Assembly (NCBI GenBank): GCA_964016885.1
Contig: OZ024740.1
Span: forward strand, 77,438,001-77,502,000
Length of the DNA stretch: 64,000 nucleotides
Reading direction: 5' to 3'
Source: Eledone cirrhosa
Lineage: Eukaryota
The position numbers were made by a program, and so were the translations under genes. The notes beneath the pieces are model-generated. The model did no database searches and was not told where the DNA came from. It saw nothing but the letters and a program-made list of their open reading frames with translations. Positions within the stretch are counted from its first letter, which is position 1, and each line of letters begins with the position of its first letter. Below, piece after piece: positions 56,078 through 64,000 of this stretch.

Positions 56078-56306
56078 AATAAACAGAAATTTTGAAGGAC
56101 GTATCCTTTGGTCAACCATACAATTGAAATATATAAATATCGATGATGTCAAATAAACGACTTGCCGTAGAGAACTGAAGTCTTGAAGAAAAGTGAGAAT
56201 ATTAGTATTTTGTAACAGAAGTAAAGGATAAAGTTTAATGCTTGATATGACATTTTTTTTTCTCTACAAAGTTCGATGTATTATCGTATAATGACGTATT
56301 TGGCAT

Positions 56307-56375
<69 letters not shown>

Positions 56376-56380
56376 ATTTA

Positions 56381-56457
<77 letters not shown>

Positions 56458-58078
56458 GTATTTAATTAATTAATGAATAATAAAGACATATTTATTGCCG
56501 CTGTGAATATCTAAACTGTGAACATATAATAGCTACCTCAGCACCTAGGATAAGAGCTGTAAATGCATTTCAAATCGTCAACGTGTCCTCACTTAGGCTT
56601 ATCTTGGTCAAGGGGTAATTTTTCACACGTTCACAGCTTAACTACTCAGAGACTAAATATATATTCTTTATTCGTGAACATATTCTGTGTGTTTTTATGT
56701 GTTTATATCCTGAACCTCATTCAGAATAGATGAAGATAACTACATATCTATTTGTGGAAGCTATTTTCGTATATGATGAGTCGCAGATATTGAGGGAATT
56801 GTACGTAACTGACCACCAAAATGCTTCCAGCGAATCCCAGAGGAAATTTTATGTAATAAATACTGAAAGGAATAAGACAAAGAAAAAAATAAGCAAGGAA
56901 AGAAGGGAAAGTGTAGAGGAAGTGACATACTGCAATCCCAGCTCGTGCGTCATGTTTCAGCTGTGCACCCCAGATAAAATGGTGAAGGAATTACCGTAGA
57001 GAATTGTAAGAGACACTCGTTGCAACAACCATCCTACATCACGGGGCTTCTTCCTCAGGCGAGCTGCAATCTTCCCAATTTTGCAGAGGAAAACAGCAGT
57101 TCAGGGACCAAGAATTCCCGAGATCTCGACGGCGATCAACACGAAAATAAAAGGCCGGTCAAGCCTCGATATTTGATTATCCTCTTCTTCTCTGCATTGC
57201 CAGTGGCCCTTCCTGGGTTTTCGGCCGAAGCTACAATGATATTGACGCAGCACGTGACATCCCAAAGTAGGGATTTACCTCCCTAGAATGGGAAGATAAC
57301 CCACCTGGGCGCTTACCATCGCAGCGGTCGAGGCCAGCTGGCTCCTGCTGTAACGGAAAACCGTCCAAATCACGAGTTCAAATGACGAAATTTCTGCTTT
57401 GATTAAAGATCCACCTGCTATTTTCTTTTTGTCATGTTTGGATGATTGGCAGAATTTAAACTCAGAAGCTGAAGAGCTTGAACAAGGACTACAAAACTCC
57501 CCTTCTGACGTTTTAACTATATATCTCAGGGGGAATTGAACTCATACCACAAATAACTGCGCTAACGATTCTCCTTATTCGGCACCTGTGTCTCCTGTAT
57601 TCCGGACATTTTGACCTTATTCTGGTTTCGTTGCTGGTCGCACTGGTGTAGAAGAAAAACGAAAGAATATGAGGAAATTAAGTCTCCACTTACAACGGAT
57701 GTTTGTCTTGAATAAAAGAGACAGACAGTGAAATACAGAGAGAGGGAAGAAGGAAAAAGTCAGAAGTAATATAGGGAGAAATAACGTAAATAAAGTAAAA
57801 TTTTCTTCATTTTATAGCATTTTACATGTCTCTCCTCGATATTAATTGCTTTCTTTTAAAAATGGTTTTAACCCGATATGTATGTTCATGTACATCTATA
57901 CATATATATATGCATATATATATACATATGCATATATATATGCATATATATATATATGCATATATATATGCATATATATATGCATATATATATATATATG
58001 TGCAAATATTTATATATATATATATATATACACACATAAACACACACATATTATCAAGCATTAATCTAATATATATAA

Positions 58079-58268
58079 GGGCGTTGGTTTGGCAGTATCG
58101 GTAGAGGGTCGGACAACATGCCTTGCAGCACAGAGTTACGCCCCTTTCTTATCTGAGTTCAAATCCTGCCGAGGTTAACTTTGCCTTTCATCCTTACGGG
58201 GTCGATAAAATAAAGTACCAGTAATGCACTGGGATAATTGCTGGCCTTGTGCCAAAAGTAGAAACAAT
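58079..58268 (+). mobile_element. CORE-type SINE with TSD
   Basis: attaatctaatatata lies on both sides. Confidence 0.9.
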
Positions 58269-58371
58269 TAATCTAATATATATCTCCATTTTCTTCATTG
58301 TACTACTGTATCGATTTGCTCGGCTGTTTTCCGTTTAATTTCACCATACATACATACATGCTGGCACGCAC

Positions 58372-58430
<59 letters not shown>

Positions 58431-58631
58431 TCCTGTTTAGCTTGCTTCGTTCTTTTGGCTCCGGTGGCTGATGGCTTCCCGACCACTGTTTTCATTTTGT
58501 CTGGCCTCTATAACGTATGTTAATTGCTCTGGTTTTCTTTTAGTCCATTGAGCGCTTGCCGCATATCTCGAAGATTGCGTTTCGTTTTGTTTTTGGCCAC
58601 CGCCGAAATACGATCTCGCTGAAATTATATT

Positions 58632-58681
<50 letters not shown>

Positions 58682-59359
58682 AAGTATGTGTTGGCTAATT
58701 ACAAACACTTCAGTATGCAGAATAGAGCACTGGACGAAATGCGCAGTTGGGTCTGTTTACTACGGAGTATATTTATAAACAAGAATTGTAAGTCAACAGG
58801 GTAAAATTAACTTCGTTTATTCATAGTAACTGTTATATATATATTGGGGATAACCATTATGCAACAGCTATGACTTCATCAGACAGCAAGAATTTGAACA
58901 GAAAAAGAAAACAGAAAAACTTAACGATGGAATAAAGCTTGCTTCTGTTATTTCCATTTTTTTATATACTCAGTGCTGAAATTTGGTGTTGTTTTCTCAA
59001 TGCATGGGGGACATATACAAAAATCAGAATTCCGGCTCATCGGTTGTCTTCTGTTTATATATCTTTGGATATATAAACAACGAAGCAAACAACACAGTGC
59101 ACTGAAGAAATATATTAATTTACCGCTTGATATACCGTATACTTCAGAGTATACCGTGCAGTATTTTCACTTGTTTCCTCGTTTCTTTTGTGAGTGCGTG
59201 GTATACACATAACTGAATGTTTGCAGCGTTTGTTTTTTGTTTCCGACTCGTTACCGAGAAACAACCAGCAGGAGACAGGAAACTGTATCAAAAATCAACC
59301 AACACCGAGTACCTTTTTTTATACAATATTATGTAATAAAATGTTTAAATAAAAAACAC

Positions 59360-60065
59360 AGGCACCAGTTGCTTTCACTTCAATTTATAATTTAGGAAGA
59401 GGTCACAGAATGTGTGATGAAAGAACTTTGACCATATATGAACAATCGTCTGGTTGTGGAACCAACCAACCAACCAACCGGAAATTTATAAATTCTTAAA
59501 TTTATAAATTTAATTTATAATAAATTGAAGTCAAAGCAACTGGTGCGTGTGTTTCTTATTGGCAACATGACCCTCCCAAATTATAACAATATCGGTTTCA
59601 ACACACGTTTTCAGATAAAGAATCTTGCTAAACAAATTCAGAAACGAAATGTTTAAATAAACTTTTACTGATACTCTATGTGTTGTTTCATCTTTTTCTG
59701 AAATTTCTGTGTATTCTAGAGAACATAGAAATAAACAGAATCCACACACAGAAAAGACGCAAAGCTCCGATAGATTACAGAAGCGACAAACATAAACGAA
59801 CTCCAACCAAAATTAAACAGAAAACATTAATGGAATAGCAACATCACAACTAGTAATTAAGGACAAGATAAAGACATCCAGAGACACATAAGAACCGAAC
59901 TAATAAAACAAACAAGAAACACACACATAGAACAAACAACCAACTATTGACAAATAAATAAACATATAAATAAATAAATACAGACACAGATACAACGCAT
60001 CCGCAACCCAAGTACACAGCACACAGTGCACAAAATCAAGATGGTGTAGAGCAGAACAAAGGTGA
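59360..60065. mobile_element. Rearranged PLE pLTR/3' end (family G) with truncated HHR
   Basis: Matches 31430-32000 in alternating orientations. Confidence 0.8.
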
Positions 60066-60155
60066 GATATAGTTTATCCCGGGTTCAATTGGGGGTAACC
60101 ACAGTAAGTAAGGTACTCAATACATAGCAGAGTATAACAAATTAATATAGAAATC

Positions 60156-60205
60156 GCTTCTACAGGACTAGAACTGTTTCATTCGGGAGAAATCATCAGG
60201 AGGGC
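60156..60205 (-). ncRNA. Hammerhead ribozyme (family F) in fold-back 60143-60265
   Basis: Reverse complement: CTGATGA t-ttc-tccc-gaa-t GAAA cag..ctg TA gaagc. Stem I is truncated by the fold-back; the mirror copy core is CTAATGA. Confidence 0.7.
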
Positions 60206-60275
60206 TTCCTAATGATTTCTCCCGAATGAAACAGTTCTAGTCCTATAGATGCCATTTCTATATTAGCTATATTAA

Positions 60276-60337
<62 letters not shown>

Positions 60338-60360
60338 ATACTTTGGGAGGGTCATGTTGC

Positions 60361-60875
60361 CAGAGTATTAGAGTTACTATAGACTACCCAAGCATACACC
60401 CCAACCATCGATTACCTGTACTAGACACAGAGCTCTGGTTAGATACTATCAATAACAAAAAACAGATCCTCCATTCCCATTATGCCAAACCCATGACTTC
60501 CAAATATCTGATCCACCGATACTCAGCTGTTTCGGACCACACCAAAATCAACATACTGATTGCGGATTTGGTACGGGTGATGAGAAACGTGTCCCGCATG
60601 TGCAACCCCAAAGAACTAGAGAGACACATACAACTCTTCATCCACCGTATGCAGTTCTCTGGTTACAATCAGAGAAATAAAATCAGAGTATATAGAGGAG
60701 CCAGAACCAAATGGGAAAAAATGGTAAATAATGACACAAATGGGACCTGCCCCTTGTATAGGAGCAAATTTTGGAATAGAATAGAAAGAACTAGGAATAA
60801 GGTTAATAGAATAAACTCATGGTATGATAGCAATAAATACCAGAGTGTGATGTTCATCAATACAACCCCTAGAGG
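60361..60875 (+). mobile_element. PLE RT C-terminal/thumb fragment (same family as 31430-32482)
   Basis: LPVLDTELW..HYAKPM..HSA; overlaps the RIERTRN..SWYDSNKYQSVMFI sequence. Confidence 0.85.
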
Positions 60876-62042
60876 TTAGTATTGTTAGTATTGTTAGTAT
60901 TGTTAGTCGGGGGGTGGGTGGTCGGGGGTGGGGTGGGGGTGTTAGTATTGTTAGTTGTGGGGTGGGCGGTGAAAAGGAGGAGTGTGTTAGTGGTGTTAGT
61001 GGGGGATATGTGTGTGGGGGGGGAACAGGCCGGTCGAAGGCTAAAGGAATAGGGGTGGGGAATTCAGGCCGGGGTGAGTGTGGGTCTGTAAGGTGAAGAT
61101 GGTGTGTTGTTCGACCCTGAGGAGGGTAGCGGGTGTTCCGTGGCATTGGAGTAGGCCACAGACTGTGAGGTGGTGCGCGGAATGTCCAGGGGAGCCAAAG
61201 TGGCGGGCGATGGAGGAATTACCGCCGAGACGAATATCTCGGAGGTGTTCGGTGAAACGGTCCGCCAGGCGACGTCCAGTCTGTCCGACGTAGGTTGCGC
61301 TACACTCCGTGCAGCGAAGTCCATAGACTAGGTTGGAGGTGGTGCAGCGGACGGCATGCTGGACAGAGAGAGAGTGGTCGTTGGGACCCTGGAAGGTGGT
61401 GGTGTTGGTGATGTGGGGACAGGTATTGCAACGAGGCCTGGAACAGGGAAGGGAACCGGGAGAGGGGGGAGCGTGGAGTGGGGGATAGGGAGCTGCGGAC
61501 GAGGAGGGTGCGGAGATTGCGTGTGCGTTTGAAGGAGGGGAGTGGTGGGGCTAGGAAGATGTGGGAGGTGGGGGTCGGACTGGAGGTGTCGGAAGAGGCG
61601 GAGGATGGTGCCGTGGAGGCGTAGGGTGGAGGGGTGGTAGGTGATGGGGAAGGGGAGACGGTTGCTGGGTGTGCGGTGGCGTGGAGTGAGGGTGGTGGAG
61701 CGGTGGACAGCACGGGCGCGAGTGAGGGCGGTGTAGACGAGAGAGGGGGGTAACCTCTGCGGATGAAATGGCTGACTAGGGAAAGGGCCTGGGACTCGAA
61801 GTCAGCATCTTGGCTACAGAGGCGGCGGATCCTGAGGAGTTGGGAGTAGGGAATAGAGTGTTTAGTGTGTGTTGGGTGGGAGGAGGTGAAGTCGAGGTAG
61901 GAGTGGGAGACGGTGGGTTTGAAGAAGGCGGAAGTGACGAGGGAGTTGTGGGAGGGGTCGAAGACGACGGAGATGTCTAAGAAGTGGACGTGGGTGGTGG
62001 AGATAGAGGTGGTGAAGTGGAGGGAGGGGTGGAAGGACCAGA
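60876..62042 (-). mobile_element. Neptune-like PLE 3' part (RT thumb + GIY-YIG)
   Basis: FLDISV..FKPTVSHSYL..SSHP..SIPYSQLLRIRRLCS; NLVYGLRC...YVGQTGRRLADRFTEH. Confidence 0.9.
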
Positions 62043-62056
62043 ATATATATATATAT

Positions 62057-62254
62057 ATAACGAAGGAAGTGTGGTAAGGAGCCAGATGGACCATAACGCA
62101 CCAGAGTACTCAATACTTAGGGAAGTAGAGTGGGTAATAGGAAAATGTTTAACCCCGATGACAGAGCTCAAGCCGTTTCGACGGCTATTTCTGGAGTCCA
62201 GAAATAGCCGTCGAAACGGCTTGAGCTCTGCCGTCGGGGTTAAACATTTTCCTA

Positions 62255-62255
<1 letters not shown>
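62057..62255 (-). mobile_element. Fold-back + tail element (half-HHR family)
   Basis: Near-perfect hairpin 62137-62255 plus tail. Confidence 0.85.
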
Positions 62256-62304
<49 letters not shown>

Positions 62305-62470
62305 AACGAGTAGAACCCCAAGTTGGGGTCCTACTCGTTCCTATTACCCACTCTAGTTGGTTGGTTCCATAACCGGACAGTTGTTCATATATTGTCAAAC
62401 AACACACACAAAAACAAGATGGCGTAGGACAGAACAAAGGAGAGGCACAAAACAAAGAAAAGAATCCCCA

Positions 62471-62513
62471 GTCGCTGAAGAGGTCACAGAATGTGTGACG
62501 AAAGAACTTTGAC
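62471..62513 (+). ncRNA. Hammerhead ribozyme (family G)
   Basis: gtcg CTGAAGA g-gtcaca-gaatg-tgtgac GAAA gaac TT tgac. Confidence 0.8.
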
Positions 62514-62914
62514 AATATATGAATAACCGTCCGGTTATGGAACCAACCAACCGGAAATTTATAAATTCTTAAATTTATAAATTTAATTTATAATAAATTG
62601 GAGTGAAAGCAACTGGTGCGTGTGTTTCTTATTGGCAACATGACACTCCCAAAGCATAACAATATCGGTTTCAACACACGTTTTCAGATAAAGAATCTTG
62701 CTAAACAAGTTCAGAAACGAAATATATATATATTTCTCCGAGGGTTCTTAACCCCACTATCAGGCTAAATAATTTCTTTAATTTCTTTAGTCAAAATACG
62801 GCGATAGCTAACATTTCTAATAATTTCAAACCCACTCACTGTTTCGAAAATATTCTTACTTGACATTACAGTCGCTAACTTTATAGCTTCTAATTTGAAA
62901 GAAAAAAGACGGGT

Positions 62915-62986
62915 GATGTGTTGGTGTAAATGGTAGCACAGTGGTCCGGATAACCAAAGATGTGGGTTCGACTCCCATGTACGTCA
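62915..62986 (+). pseudogene. tRNA-like sequence (tRNA pseudogene or SINE head)
   Basis: 72-nt cloverleaf with A box TGGTGTAAATGG and B box GGTTCGACTCC. Anticodon loop CCGGATA lacks U33. T6 at 62996-63001. Confidence 0.65.
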
Positions 62987-63236
62987 ATACTCATCTTTTT
63001 TCCATTTCTCCGAAGGTTCTTAACCCCACTATCAGGCTAAATATTTTCTTTAATTTCTTTAGTCAAAATACGGCGATAGCTTACATTTCTAATAATTTCA
63101 AACCCACTCGCTGTTTCGAAAATATTCTTACATATATATATATATATGTATATATATTTTATATTTTATTATTTGTTTTCTTCTTATTTTATTTATTTAT
63201 TTTATATATATCATATATAAGTATGTGTGTGTGTGT

Positions 63237-63308
<72 letters not shown>

Positions 63309-63588
63309 TATTATTCACCAAATCCCATGTGTACATTTAACAGATTTGGCTAATTTTAACAAAAATAAACAAATAAAAAATGAATAAGAATTAAAAACAG
63401 GTCTGAACGACTTTAGTCGGTGGTTGCATTTGGTGTTAATGTTGTTGTTGTTGATGTTGTTGTTGAAGTTATTGTAGGTGTTGCAGCTGTATACCTCTCA
63501 TGTGGTGGTGGAAACAGTAGTAGTAATTGTAGTAGTAGTGATAGTGGTGGTGTTAGTAGTAGTAATGGAGTGGTGGTGGTGGTGGTGT

Positions 63589-63632
<44 letters not shown>

Positions 63633-63892
63633 AGTTTAATTGTAGATAGTGTTCTTGCTGTTGTAGTTGTTATAGTTTTTTTCGTATTTTTCCAATCACC
63701 CTCCCCCACCCATCCATCCATGCACATTCTCAAACATGCACATCTATGCAAGCATGTATACATATATACATACATATATACATACATACACACATACATA
63801 CACACATACATACACACATACATACACACATACATATATACATGCATATACAGATGCAGACACACGCGCACACATACATATATACATGTCTG

Positions 63893-63970
<78 letters not shown>

Positions 63971-64000
63971 TACACAGAGGCAGACAACCGCACACACACA

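Noticed and set aside
62915-62986. Functional tRNA-Ser(GGA)
   Set aside because: C at position 33, an anticodon-stem mismatch, several G-U acceptor pairs and no long variable arm.

Overview
AT-rich eukaryotic, repeat-saturated DNA, probably intronic or intergenic. The tRNA/CORE-type SINEs and the microsatellite load suggest an octopod cephalopod, but that is inference. No intact host protein-coding gene is visible, and most listed ORFs are (TA)n, (CA)n or (TACA)n translation artefacts. Recognisable elements: a decayed mariner transposon, several Penelope-like element (PLE) RT and GIY-YIG fragments, RTE LINE fragments with (GAA)n tails, R4/NeSL-type RLE LINE 3' ends in (TACA)n, a head-to-tail array of Tx1/L1-clade LINEs separated by (GATA)n, SINEs and a MITE. 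The main hidden signal, found by manual folding, is about 19 type-I hammerhead ribozyme (HHR) motifs with intact cores from about 12 sequence families, plus about 9 degenerate ones. Most sit in short non-coding elements embedded in (TA)n tracts, and many of these elements form fold-back palindromes with a one-sided tail. They include a family with a compensatory U3-A8 core (UUGAAAA), several with greatly extended stem II, and a retrozyme-like 431-nt tandem unit. All coordinates and folds were read by eye; ribozyme activity is untested.
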